Source of the DNA: Myxococcota bacterium
Lineage (GTDB): Bacteria > Myxococcota_A > Polyangia > Nannocystales > Nannocystaceae
DNA length: 64,000 nt
Assembly: GCA_039194325.1 (NCBI GenBank)
Contig: JBCCWC010000006.1
Location: 1-64,000 of the forward strand
Direction of reading: 5' to 3'
Position 1 is the stretch's first letter. Each line of letters starts with the position of its first letter. The notes below the pieces were generated by a model, which saw only the letters and a program-made list of their open reading frames with translations, was not told where the DNA came from and ran no database searches. Of this stretch, positions 50,326 through 60,751 are shown piece after piece. The position numbers and the translations under genes were made by a program.

Positions 50326-52395
50326 ATGCCGCCCAATCTCCCCACGCCGACGCTCGGTATGCTCCTACTACTATTAGGGTGGAGCTGCACCAGCGATGAC
50401 GCGATGACAACCGCTATCGGTGGAACCAGCACAGGAGGCATCAACACGACCACTCCTGCTCCCTCCACCAGCAGCGGCCTCAACGCATCGACCGCGGCCA
50501 TCGACGGCACCAGCACCAACTCGACCGCGGGCACCACCGGCGGCGTACTCGACGACCCTCAGTGGCCCAACCTCGAGTGCGACCCCCTCGTACCCGAATA
50601 CTGCGGCTTCCCGTTCCCCAACAACGTATTCAGCGTGTCCGATCCGGCCACCCCCACCGGCCGGCGCCTGGCTCTGTCGACGCAGACGTTGCCCCAGGCC
50701 AATACCGGGGCCGAAGCCCTGCCCGACGTGTTCAACGAGCGCGACGGCTTCTCGGTTGCTGGCACGCTGTTGGCCCACTTGCCCGGAGCCACCACCACCG
50801 GCCTGCCCGATCCCCTCCAACTCGGTGACTCGATCGAGCCCAGCTCACCCACGATCGTGCTCGACGCCGACACCGGCGAGCTGTTCCCCCACTTCGCCGA
50901 GCTCGATCTCAACGCCAACGGCGACGACGACCGGTCGCTGATGATCCAGCCCGCCGCTTCGCTCACCTACGGCCATCGCTATATCGTGGCGCTGCGCGGG
51001 GTGGTCGACGCCGACGGAGGGCCGATCCCCGCGTCCGCCGCCTTCGCCGCCCTGCGCGACGGCACGGCCAGCGAAGAACCCTCGGTGGAGCAGCGTCGCG
51101 AGCTCTACGGCGACATCTTCGCCCGCCTCGAACAGGCGGGGATCCCCCGCGACGACCTCCAGCTGGCCTGGGATTTCACCGTCTCCAGTCGTGAGCACAC
51201 CAACGGTCGCATGCTCCACATGCGAGACACCGCCCTGCAGATGGCCGGCGACGACGGGCCGGTCTACGAGATCCTCTCGGTCGACGACGACTACTCACCC
51301 AACATCTTCCGACGGATCCAAGGGGAGATCGAGGTCCCCCTGTTCCTCGACATGCCCGGCCCCGGCGGGGTGATGGAGGTCGACGCCGACGACGTGCCCG
51401 TGCAAAACGGCATCGCCCGGTATCCCTTCACGATCCTGGTCCCCTACGCCGCCCAGGACGAGCCCGCCCCCGGGCTGCTCTTTGGCCACGGCCTCTTCGG
51501 CAGCCGAGATAGCGCCCAAGCCCCGGAATTCCAGCAATTCGCCCAGGACGCCAACGCGATCTTGGTGTCGCTCGACTGGATCGGCATGTCGGACGAGGAT
51601 CCCCCCTTCGTGGGCCTGGCCCTGGCCTCCGGTGATCCCGCTCGGGCCCGGATCATCCCGGACCGCCTCCAGCAGTCATTGGTCAACTTCACCATGGCCA
51701 CCCGCATGGTGCGAACGAGTATCGTCGACGACCCCGAGCTCCAGTTCATGGGCCAGCCCCTACTCGACGGCTCCACGACCTTCTACTACGGAGGCAGCCA
51801 GGGCGGGATCATGGGCAGCGCGTTCATGGCCCTCAGCCCGGATGTGGAGCGCGGGGTCCTCGCGGTCCCGGGCCAACCCTACAACCTGCTCTTGGAGCGG
51901 AGCGTCAATTTTCCGGTATTCGCCGACCTCATCACCGGCGCCTATGCAGACCACTTCGATCTGCAGATGCTACTCAACCTCATGCAGATCTTGTGGGATC
52001 GGGCCGAACCCTCGGGATACTCGCCCCATGTGTCTCGCGATCCGCTACCCGGCACCTCGGCCCACGACGTGCTGATGCTGGTGTCCATCGGCGATCACCA
52101 GGTCACGACCCTGGGCGCTCACGTCATGGCTCGCAGCATCGGGGCGGTCAACGTCTCACCGACCAATCGTTCGGTCTGGGGCGTTCCGGAGGCCAAGGGC
52201 CCCCTTTTCGGCTCTGCGATGATCGAGCACGACTTTGGTCTGCCGACCGAGCCCCTGGGCAACGTCCCCATGAGCGAAGGCGACGACCCCCATGGCGCCC
52301 TCGCCGGGGTCCCCACGGCAGCCCAGACCGCCAACCATTTCCTACAGACCGGCGAAGTCGTGAGCTTTTGCGACGGTGTCTGTGATCCCGATTGA
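50326..52395 (+). CDS. Lipoprotein with alpha/beta-hydrolase (lipase-like) domain
   Basis: LLGWSC lipobox, Ser/Thr-rich linker, FPFPNN, HGLFG, YGGSQGG nucleophile elbow, DPHG. Confidence 0.8.
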   Translation: MPPNLPTPTLGMLLLLLGWSCTSDDAMTTAIGGTSTGGINTTTPAPSTSSGLNASTAAIDGTSTNSTAGTTGGVLDDPQWPNLECDPLVPEYCGFPFPNNVFSVSDPATPTGRRLALSTQTLPQANTGAEALPDVFNERDGFSVAGTLLAHLPGATTTGLPDPLQLGDSIEPSSPTIVLDADTGELFPHFAELDLNANGDDDRSLMIQPAASLTYGHRYIVALRGVVDADGGPIPASAAFAALRDGTASEEPSVEQRRELYGDIFARLEQAGIPRDDLQLAWDFTVSSREHTNGRMLHMRDTALQMAGDDGPVYEILSVDDDYSPNIFRRIQGEIEVPLFLDMPGPGGVMEVDADDVPVQNGIARYPFTILVPYAAQDEPAPGLLFGHGLFGSRDSAQAPEFQQFAQDANAILVSLDWIGMSDEDPPFVGLALASGDPARARIIPDRLQQSLVNFTMATRMVRTSIVDDPELQFMGQPLLDGSTTFYYGGSQGGIMGSAFMALSPDVERGVLAVPGQPYNLLLERSVNFPVFADLITGAYADHFDLQMLLNLMQILWDRAEPSGYSPHVSRDPLPGTSAHDVLMLVSIGDHQVTTLGAHVMARSIGAVNVSPTNRSVWGVPEAKGPLFGSAMIEHDFGLPTEPLGNVPMSEGDDPHGALAGVPTAAQTANHFLQTGEVVSFCDGVCDPD

Positions 52396-53059
52396 TTCGG
52401 GGGTGGGGACCACCCTCTAGCCGCCGATGGCGGCTACGGCTTGTCAGACATAAGCCGACACGATGACTCACGCGAACGCCGTGGGTGGACCGCAAATTCC
52501 CAGCGACGTTCCTCGCCTGCCTCACGCGAATCCGGTCCTAATTGAACCGCAATCAAACAGGCGAGCAACCGGACTCCCTCTCGACACTCCGCCGAGACCC
52601 GAGGCTCACCCACCGGGTCGATGGCACGAAAGACTCAGTCGCCTGTGGCGATCCCCCGCGTACCGGAACACCGCGGTCCGTATCTTCGCCGCGCCGTCGA
52701 TTGGTCGTCCCCATTCCACACCATCTTCGCACCGCCGACCGATATTCAGACCGCGCGGGTTTCGTCACAAGGGCGAAGGGGGGTGAGGGCTTCATTTTCT
52801 TCGAAAATGACACGAACGGGCATCAACACATCCACCAACTCACTACACCTCGATGTATGACGAACCGGTTCATGGGGGGCCGGATCGCCCACTCCTCGTC
52901 CTGTGTCAGGAAATCTAGACTGATCGCATAAATACCAATTGGGGCGGGGCTCATATCTCGGCAGTGCGTGGATGTCACGCACGTGCCTTCCCCGCGAACT
53001 CGGACATCGACCGATGCCCACCCCCGGGGCATCGGTCCCGCTCTCGAGAGGTAGTCGTC

Positions 53060-53728
53060 ATGCCCTTCGACAAGCCCCAACGCGTGACTCAGGAGCTCAT
53101 CGGTCACGCTCTGGCTGGCAAGCCCGGACCCGCACACACGCTCGCCATGCATATCGTAACATGCGTCGATCGACACGTCCGCAAGTCTTTGCTGCGCAAT
53201 ACAGCCTGCCGCAACCGGGACCTGGCCAATGAGCTCGTCCATGACGTGGTTGTCTACATGTACGACAACGATGCCAAGTTGCTCCGCAACTGGGACGAGT
53301 CACGCGGGGCATCGTTCGACTACTACTTGGGGCTCATCACCCGAAATCTCTTGATTCGAAGATTCATGCAATTTCGCGGCAACCCCGCCTCGCTCACACC
53401 GGTCGATGACATCCAAGAGTTCCTGCCCGCACGAACGATCGAGGTGCAGATCAACTACTCGTTGGGCCTCGACCGCGTGCTGAGCTATGTGGAGCGCGAG
53501 CTGGACGATGTCGATCGCCAGCGCTTTTGGGCCCTATTCGTCGAAGGTTTGTCGATCGACGCCTTGGCCGAGCGTGACGGGATCAGCACCAACGCGGTCC
53601 ATGCCTGGAAATCTCGGCTGCGCCGACGCCTACGCCAGCGACTACCGGAGGTCATGGCCACGCTGACCGATCTGAGCCGCAAGAAAAATGAGAAAATCAC
53701 CGACACGAAGATGTCAAGGAATTGCTGA
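53060..53728 (+). CDS. ECF-type RNA polymerase sigma factor
   Basis: ELVHDVVV...LLRNWDESRGASFDYYL (region 2); FVEGLSIDALA...NAVHAWKSRLRR (region 4); GAGAGG RBS. Confidence 0.85.
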   Translation: MPFDKPQRVTQELIGHALAGKPGPAHTLAMHIVTCVDRHVRKSLLRNTACRNRDLANELVHDVVVYMYDNDAKLLRNWDESRGASFDYYLGLITRNLLIRRFMQFRGNPASLTPVDDIQEFLPARTIEVQINYSLGLDRVLSYVERELDDVDRQRFWALFVEGLSIDALAERDGISTNAVHAWKSRLRRRLRQRLPEVMATLTDLSRKKNEKITDTKMSRNC

Positions 53729-53960
53729 CATCAATCCGAGAATCCGAACGTGAGTTCGAAAGATTACCGCGCGTCTGCGACGCGTCAATTGATCATCGCT
53801 CGCTGTCTATTGAGCTCTTCGAAGGGGCTTCGGTCCCACGGACCCATGCCCGGTCTCACCTGCCCGGAGATTGGCATTCGTGGTCCGTTCCAACCAATGC
53901 CGTGCGTCCGGCATGGTGACGGGATCTCCCAGCCGGCCAGACGCTCCACGGAGAGCGACG

Positions 53961-54776
53961 ATGAGCCAAAATTGCGACAGCGCCCCAACGAATCCCGATG
54001 AGCGCATCCTCCGAGATGCCGGTCGATGGGCACCCGAACGTGACGCCATCAAGGCCACGTGCCGCAACGAGTACGACCAGCACGACGACGAGCTGGACCC
54101 GATGTCCGCGATGGACATCGACAAGCTGGTCGACGAGGTCCTCGAGCAGCAGCCCGAACCTCCGCCCACCCCACCACCGTGGCCAAACCCCGAGGAACTC
54201 GAGCCCGACCAACTCGACACCGAACCCGGTCATCGGCGCTGCGCCACACCCAAGCCACAGGCACCCCGCCCGCGGATCTGGAGGAACCTGGTCTCACACG
54301 GGCTCGTCGCCCTCGCGGCCGCGGCCGTCACGCTCTCGTTCCGTCCTCGGAGGAACTCGGATCCGACGAGCGCGAACACCGAACGCTACCGCATGACCCC
54401 GCTACAGCGAACCCACGCCTCGGCGAACGACCAAGAGGCTGGTTATTGCCTCAGCGAGTCGGTGTGGTTTCGTATCGACGGCGATCGCACGATGCCCGCA
54501 ACCGAGGAGCTCGAGGTCGTGCTCGGGGCAACCCCCGAGTCCGGCTTGGCACAGTGGTACCTCCACCGCCCGGTGGCCCGTGGGTGGCGCCTCGTATCGG
54601 ATGGGACGGCTCTTTCGTTCCAGGGCCCGCTTGGAGATCTGGCTCGGCTCGACCCCGGGGTCTGGACCCTGACCATTCAGGTCGGACCCCGCGGACGCTG
54701 TGGTCCCAACGCTGAGCCCGGATGTACCGTGCTGGATACGGTACCGATCCGCATCGCGCCCCCAAGCCGGTGTTGA
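53961..54776 (+). CDS. Single-pass membrane protein, candidate anti-sigma factor
   Basis: Acidic N-terminus, TM LVALAAAAVTLSF, beta-rich C-terminal domain; lies downstream of the ECF gene. Confidence 0.6.
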   Translation: MSQNCDSAPTNPDERILRDAGRWAPERDAIKATCRNEYDQHDDELDPMSAMDIDKLVDEVLEQQPEPPPTPPPWPNPEELEPDQLDTEPGHRRCATPKPQAPRPRIWRNLVSHGLVALAAAAVTLSFRPRRNSDPTSANTERYRMTPLQRTHASANDQEAGYCLSESVWFRIDGDRTMPATEELEVVLGATPESGLAQWYLHRPVARGWRLVSDGTALSFQGPLGDLARLDPGVWTLTIQVGPRGRCGPNAEPGCTVLDTVPIRIAPPSRC

Positions 54777-55411
54777 GAACCAGGCCGGCCCCGATGTCCT
54801 GGTGCAACCATTACTCGAACGTCCGGCATGAGGCACTAGCGCCCGAGGCGCCGTGGCAGCCGGTGGATCCGCTGATCGTGACGACCCGACCGTGACGAAT
54901 CTCCGAAGTCACGAACGGGCATGAGCATGTCATCACCCCGACAGCGCCCAAATTTTCTCAGGAACTCCTGAGCCGAGAGACATTGAAGATCGACGACGTC
55001 CGTAGATCCCCTGAGGGCCGACCCCGCGGCCGCAAGCCCTCTGCGGAGCATCTCATCGCCGGTCCGCGGCCAAGTTGGAGGCATTCGCCCCGTCATTTGT
55101 CGGGACGCGCACCGAAGATTCAGCCGCTGACCGGTATTGGGCCGCCCAATACAATGTTTCGGGACAATGTTCAGGGGCTGAAGCGATTCCCGGACGAGCC
55201 ACATGACTCGTATCCCTCCACTCCGCATTCGACGTCGCGGGTCCGTGCCACCTCACGGCCGATCGGCATGAGCGGGTCATCTCATCTCGCCGGCGATCGG
55301 CGCGAGCAGGTCATCCGATCTCGCCGCCGCCAACGCCAGGTCGCAACCCCGGCCCCCGCACTCGGCACCCGCGGGTCATCGGCCAGTCTCGTGGGCGATG
55401 CTCGATACACT

Positions 55412-55440
55412 TAGACTCCGGGGCTCCTCGTCGGTATAGT
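55412..55440 (+). promoter_or_regulatory. Sigma70-like promoter
   Basis: TAGACT-N17-TATAGT about 115 bp upstream of the CDS at 55555. Confidence 0.5.
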
Positions 55441-55554
55441 CCGATGGTAGCGAGTCGAAAGGACTCGCCGTGAACACCACTGCGTTGCTCCACGAGGTCG
55501 ATGGTCGGATCCTCCGCCGACCGTTCCTCGCGCCCCCCGAAAGGAACGGAAGCC

Positions 55555-55887
55555 ATGTCAACCTTCGGATTCGTCTCCCACCAGTGCGTCGGGCATCTTG
55601 CCCGCAAGATCGGCAACGGCTCGATCGTCGTCACCATGTCGACCTCGACCAAGGAAGCCGCCACGCTCGACCGAACCTCCTTCGTCATTCAGCTCACCAA
55701 CGCCCAGGGCGAAGCCAAGAGCATCGACCTGCCGCTCGCCACGCCCAAGATCTCGGGTGATCGCGCCGAATTCCAGTGGCTGCTCTCCGACGCCGATCGC
55801 CCGGCCGGCGCCGTGCTGAGCATGTGGCAGTACGACGGTACCCGCTTCGACCTCGAGCTGGCTCTGGCGATCCAGGGCGCCGCCTGA
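55555..55887 (+). CDS. Small hypothetical protein
   Basis: Host-like codon usage, purine-rich RBS (AGGAACGGAAG). Confidence 0.65.
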   Translation: MSTFGFVSHQCVGHLARKIGNGSIVVTMSTSTKEAATLDRTSFVIQLTNAQGEAKSIDLPLATPKISGDRAEFQWLLSDADRPAGAVLSMWQYDGTRFDLELALAIQGAA

Positions 55888-56152
55888 GCCGCCCTCGGCC
55901 CCGGCGCTACGCGACCCGGCCCTCTGCCAGCCGTTCCCGCGGGCTGCTCTCGGTAATGGGAGCAGCCTTTGCTCTTATTAGTGGGAGAGCAACCACCTAT
56001 AGACAGCGTGGCCCGACGACAAATCGTAGACCCGTGACCACGAGTCGTGTCGAGCCCCGGGAACAGGGTCATCTGTGTGTCGACCGGCGGAGGCACGCAC
56101 GCCATGAGCCCCTGCCCAACCGCCGTCTGTCCGTAGGTGTACCCTTACATGC

Positions 56153-56605
56153 ATGACATACATACACGCGCAGGCTCACTCCACGCCTTCACCACGGCGG
56201 CTCACATGGAGCCTCGTCCTCATTCTCGCGGGATGCACCGCCGCTGAAGACGGTACCGAGGACCGAGACTACGAGAACGTGGGCCGCGTCTGCGTGAGCG
56301 GACAGCAGGATCGAGCGCACCAGGTCGAGGTCGACTTCGACGTCTGTCTGAGCTCGTCCTGTGACGAGCTCATCGAGGCTTCGTGTACGACCACGCTCGA
56401 AGGAACCACCCTCAGGGTCGAGGCCATCGCCACGGTCCGCTCCGAGACCGGGCCCGACGTCATCTGCACCGCGGACTGCGGACCAGCCACGACGACCTGC
56501 GAGACCCCCGAGCTCTCGCCTGGAATATATACCGTGGTCTACGGCGAGCAACAGACCGAGCTCACCGTGCCGGCGGCTGAGCCCAGCTGTTCCAGCACGC
56601 TCTGA
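56153..56605 (+). CDS. Cys-containing hypothetical lipoprotein
   Basis: LILAGC lipobox; CLSSSC, CTADC. Confidence 0.75.
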   Translation: MTYIHAQAHSTPSPRRLTWSLVLILAGCTAAEDGTEDRDYENVGRVCVSGQQDRAHQVEVDFDVCLSSSCDELIEASCTTTLEGTTLRVEAIATVRSETGPDVICTADCGPATTTCETPELSPGIYTVVYGEQQTELTVPAAEPSCSSTL

Positions 56606-56765
56606 TTCGCCGCGCTTGGGCGGGTCATTGGGCGGGTCATTCGGTGGATGGATCACCGGATGGATCACTGGATCGATCCGCCCACCGCTCCGCTCACAGA
56701 TCATCGGCTCGAGCGCCTTCCGAGTCGCCGCCCCACAGTCGTATGCTCCCGACCTCTCCGAGGTC

Positions 56766-57752
56766 ATGCCCGCGCTTCACTACTATATTCACGGGCGGGG
56801 CCGCGGCCACGCGACACGCTCACGAGCGGTCATCACCCGCTTGCGCGAAGCCGGACACGAGGTCGTCGCGTTCGCGGGCGCCGATGCCGAGCCCTTGCTC
56901 CGCGATCACGTCGACACCCGACCCGTCGCTTCGCTACTGCCCGGCACCGGCTGGGGCTTACCCCGCCTGCTTGGCTCGCGCGTGCGTATGGCGATCAAGG
57001 CGCTGCGCCAAGAACGAGCCCCGTTGGTGATCTCCGACGGAGATCTCCCCGGGGTGATCGCCGCCCGGCTCACCTTCCGACCGGCGATCGCGGTGGGTCA
57101 CGGGCTGGTCTTCTACTGCTGCAAGCGACCACAGCAGCTCCCCCACGAGGCCTGGCGCCGCGAGGCCTCCAAAGCCTGGATCTCCTCGCTCGGGGCGCAT
57201 CGGCGCATCGCCGTGAGCTTCGTGCCGCTGCCCGTAGAGCGCGGTCGGCTCGCGCGCCCAGCGGTCGAGCACGCCCATGCGGCCCCCCGCACATTCGACG
57301 GCCCCGTGTTGTGCTACTTCCGCGATGGTGCCCCTCGCCCCGTGCTCGAGTGCCTCGGCGCCCTCCGACGACCCGTGATCCTCTTCTCCCTCAAAGACCC
57401 CGAGGTCGCGGGAATCCGGCATGAGCCGTTGTCTCGCGAGCGCTTCTCCTATGTCCAGCGGATCGCCCGAGCGGTGGTGGCGAGCGCGGGCAGCCAGCTG
57501 ATCAGCGAGTGCGTGGCTCACGGCACTCCCCTTCTGGCCCTCCACGCTCCCGACGATGACGAGCAAGCGCTCAACGTGGCCATGCTGCGGCAGGCCGGCT
57601 TCGGCGACGGGTTCCCGATCACCGAGTTCGACCAAGCGCGCCTAGAGCGGTTCATGGCCCGAGACCCGAAGCTGCTTCCCACCTGGGACGCCCCCGACGT
57701 GGGGACCGCGGTGCTCGAGGAAGTCCACGACCTGCTGCGAGGCAGACGGTGA
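56766..57752 (+). CDS. GT-B glycosyltransferase (GT28-like / MJ1255-like)
   Basis: YYIHGRGRGHATRS, VISDGD, VVASAGSQLISEC, DDEQALN. Confidence 0.85.
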   Translation: MPALHYYIHGRGRGHATRSRAVITRLREAGHEVVAFAGADAEPLLRDHVDTRPVASLLPGTGWGLPRLLGSRVRMAIKALRQERAPLVISDGDLPGVIAARLTFRPAIAVGHGLVFYCCKRPQQLPHEAWRREASKAWISSLGAHRRIAVSFVPLPVERGRLARPAVEHAHAAPRTFDGPVLCYFRDGAPRPVLECLGALRRPVILFSLKDPEVAGIRHEPLSRERFSYVQRIARAVVASAGSQLISECVAHGTPLLALHAPDDDEQALNVAMLRQAGFGDGFPITEFDQARLERFMARDPKLLPTWDAPDVGTAVLEEVHDLLRGRR

Positions 57753-60751
57753 GCGCCGCCGAGCGTGGCACCCCTCGCACCCGCCGGCTCGCCGTCTTCA
57801 TCGAGCGCCGGGCCGGACTCGTGGTGCTGCTGACCGTGGTCTTCGCGATCGTGGCCGGGCTGGGAGCATCCAATCTGCGGATCGACCAGCGTCTGCGCAA
57901 GCTACTGCCCGATCACTTCCCCTCGGTCGCCGGTATGGATCGCGTGGCCGAGCGCCTGGGCAACCAGAGCAACATCTATGTGAGCATCGCCAGCCCCTCT
58001 GGCGAGGCCAACGTCGGCTTCGGCGACGCGCTGGCGACCGAGCTCGAGGGCCACCCCGATCTTCGCTGGTCGCTCTTTCGCCGAGACGACACGTTCTTCG
58101 AGCGCCACGCCCTGTTCTACGCCAGCATCGACGACCTGCTCGACCTGCGTCGCCGGGTCATCGAGCGGATCTTCGAGGAGACCCGCACCGCCGCCTATGG
58201 CGATCTTTCCTTGCTCGATGAGGAGCCGGCCCCAAACGCGAGCGAGGGCCCCGGCTCAGACCCCGGCCCAGCTCCAGGCCCAGACTCAGGCAACGCCGAC
58301 GACCCCGACCCCACCGCGCTTGGGCTCGACGAGGACGAGCTGCGCCGACGCTACGGGCTCGACGAAGGTCGCTCGGAGTTCTTCGAAGCCGACGAGGGCC
58401 GGCTGCTCGTGCTCAAGGCGCGCCCGATCCACGAGAGCACCGATCTGGACTTCGCCCGTCGCTTGCAAGCCGACCTCGAGCAGAAGATCGCCACGCTCGA
58501 CCCCGCCCGCTTCCACCCGCACATGAAGGTCGGCCTGCACGGCAGCTTCGTGCAGCACGGCCAGCGGGTCAAGCAGCTGCAAGGCGACGTCATCGGCGGC
58601 ACCGCGGCGGCGATCGCCGCGCTGTTGCTGAGCATCGCGATCTACTTTCGCAGCGCCCGCGCGGTGCTCCTGGTGCTCGGCCCGCTGCTGGTCGCCGGCG
58701 TGGGCGCCCTGGGCTTTGCGTGGCTCGTCTACGACGTGCTCAACCTCGTCTCGGCGTTCATCTTTGCCGTACTGCTGGGGCTGGGCATCGACTTCGCGGT
58801 CCACGTGCTGGCTCGCTACCGCGACGAACGAGCCCGCGGACACCGGCGCCCCACCGCCATCGCCATCACCCTGGCCACCACCGGGCGCTCCACCCTGGCC
58901 GGCGGCGTGGGCACTGGGCTGGCTTTTTGTGCCCTCACCATCGCTGACTTCCAGGGGTTCGCGCAGTTTGGCGTGGTCGCCAGCTTCGGCCTGGTGCTGG
59001 CCATGCTCGCCGCGCTCGTGGTCATGCCCGCCGCGCTCGTGCTCAGCGAGCGCTGGCGCCCCTGGGCTCCGCCGCCCCCTCGCACCTCGTCTGCTCGGTC
59101 CTCGCACCGGCTGGGTCGTCCGGTCATGATCGGGGTCACCATGCTCGCGGTGGGCGGCGCCGCGGTGGCCCTCTACGCTGGGCTGCACGCGCGCGACCTG
59201 GAGTTCGAATACGACTTCCGTGCGATGGGTCCCCGCAAGGCCCAGGCCGCCGAGAAGGCCGCCGAGCGGCAGATCACCTATCGAGATGCGATCGGCCGCG
59301 CCCAGACGGTGGCGCCTGCCATCGCGCTGACCGAGGATCGCGCCCAGGCCGAGTCCCTGTACCGCCAGCTCACCGTGCTTCGGCTGATGACCCCCGAAGA
59401 AGCCGAGGCCCTCACGCCGATCGCCGCGAGCCGCGAACCCAGCCTCGCCGACGTGGTCTCGCCGCAGGGGATGGACAAGCCTTCGGTGGGGTCGACTCCA
59501 GACGAGCCCCCGCCTGGCGAGCCCGCCCAGCCTGCGGTGGCCAGCCCTACGGTTGCTGGCGATGACTGGGACGCCGACCCCGAGGACTGGGTCGACCCCA
59601 CCCGCGCCGATGATGACTGGGCCGACCCCACCCGGGCCGATGACGACTGGGACGCCGATCCCGAGGACTGGGCCGATCCTGCCGACAACCGGGCCGACGA
59701 CCGGGCCGACGACCGGGCCGCCCGCCCTCGCGCTCCTGGGATCGACGACCCTCGCTTCACCGCGATCGCCCAGGCCGAGCGAGCCCGCACCCTCCCCGAC
59801 GCGCTGACCCAGCAGACACTGCACACCTATGAGCCCGCCCGACGGATCGACATGGCCGATCGCCTGCGCGCGGTCACGTCGATCGATGCGTTCATCCCCA
59901 CCGGGCAAGCGGCCAAGCTCGAGATCATCGCCGATATTCGGGCTCGCATCGACGACAAGCGCGACGCAATGTCCAGCGCCACCCAGGAGGAGATCGACGC
60001 CTGGTACGACAAGCTCACCCTCACCGAGCCCATCGACGTCGGTGATCTGCCTCCCTGGGTGCAGCAGCAGTTCACCGACGCCCGCGGCGAAGTCGGCCGC
60101 TTCGTGGTGATCCGCACCGGGGGCTCCAAGGCCGACTACCTCAACTCGCGGCGGATCTACGACGCCTTCGCCACCCTACACACCCCTTCGGGCGAGATCC
60201 CGGTCGCGGCCGAGTTCTTCGTGCTCCCCGAGGTCTTCGAGGCCATCGAGGCCGACGGGCCCCGCGTGCTGCTGCTGGCCGGGCTGGCCATGCTCTTGAC
60301 CGCCGCCGTCGCTTTTCGCGGGGCCGCGGGTGTTGCCGCCGTCTCGCTGGTGGTGGGTAGCACCCTATTGTGGCTGGTCGCGCTGATGCTGGCGCTGGGC
60401 TGGAAGCTCAACTTCTTCAACGTGATCGTGCTTCCCTTGCTCATCGGCATGGCCCAGGACGACGCTCTGCACATCTACGAGCGCTGGCGTGAGGCCGGCC
60501 GCGCCCAGCTGGGCATGGTGCTCCGTGAGACCGGGGGCGCGGTGTTCCTGACCACCCTGACCACTGTCTGCGGTTTTGCGGGGATCCTCTTCGCCAACCA
60601 CCGGGGGCTCCAGTCGATGGCGTGGGCCGCCGTCTGTGGTATGACCCTGGCCCTCATCGCCTCGGTGGTCCTGCTCCCCGCCACGCTCTGGGTCGCCGAG
60701 GGGCTCTTCTCTCGACGCGATCGATCGCCCGGACAAGCCGACGAGACCTGA
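57749..60751 (+). CDS. MMPL/RND family lipid transporter
   Basis: Two 1+5 TM halves; LLGLGIDFAVH and LIGMAQDDALH; acidic repeat insertion in the second loop; 4-bp overlap with the upstream gene. Confidence 0.9.
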   Translation: MSAAERGTPRTRRLAVFIERRAGLVVLLTVVFAIVAGLGASNLRIDQRLRKLLPDHFPSVAGMDRVAERLGNQSNIYVSIASPSGEANVGFGDALATELEGHPDLRWSLFRRDDTFFERHALFYASIDDLLDLRRRVIERIFEETRTAAYGDLSLLDEEPAPNASEGPGSDPGPAPGPDSGNADDPDPTALGLDEDELRRRYGLDEGRSEFFEADEGRLLVLKARPIHESTDLDFARRLQADLEQKIATLDPARFHPHMKVGLHGSFVQHGQRVKQLQGDVIGGTAAAIAALLLSIAIYFRSARAVLLVLGPLLVAGVGALGFAWLVYDVLNLVSAFIFAVLLGLGIDFAVHVLARYRDERARGHRRPTAIAITLATTGRSTLAGGVGTGLAFCALTIADFQGFAQFGVVASFGLVLAMLAALVVMPAALVLSERWRPWAPPPPRTSSARSSHRLGRPVMIGVTMLAVGGAAVALYAGLHARDLEFEYDFRAMGPRKAQAAEKAAERQITYRDAIGRAQTVAPAIALTEDRAQAESLYRQLTVLRLMTPEEAEALTPIAASREPSLADVVSPQGMDKPSVGSTPDEPPPGEPAQPAVASPTVAGDDWDADPEDWVDPTRADDDWADPTRADDDWDADPEDWADPADNRADDRADDRAARPRAPGIDDPRFTAIAQAERARTLPDALTQQTLHTYEPARRIDMADRLRAVTSIDAFIPTGQAAKLEIIADIRARIDDKRDAMSSATQEEIDAWYDKLTLTEPIDVGDLPPWVQQQFTDARGEVGRFVVIRTGGSKADYLNSRRIYDAFATLHTPSGEIPVAAEFFVLPEVFEAIEADGPRVLLLAGLAMLLTAAVAFRGAAGVAAVSLVVGSTLLWLVALMLALGWKLNFFNVIVLPLLIGMAQDDALHIYERWREAGRAQLGMVLRETGGAVFLTTLTTVCGFAGILFANHRGLQSMAWAAVCGMTLALIASVVLLPATLWVAEGLFSRRDRSPGQADET

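Noticed and set aside
52463..52931. Small ORFs upstream of the ECF gene (also 54836-55414)
   Set aside because: No codon bias or recognisable domains; treated as non-coding.
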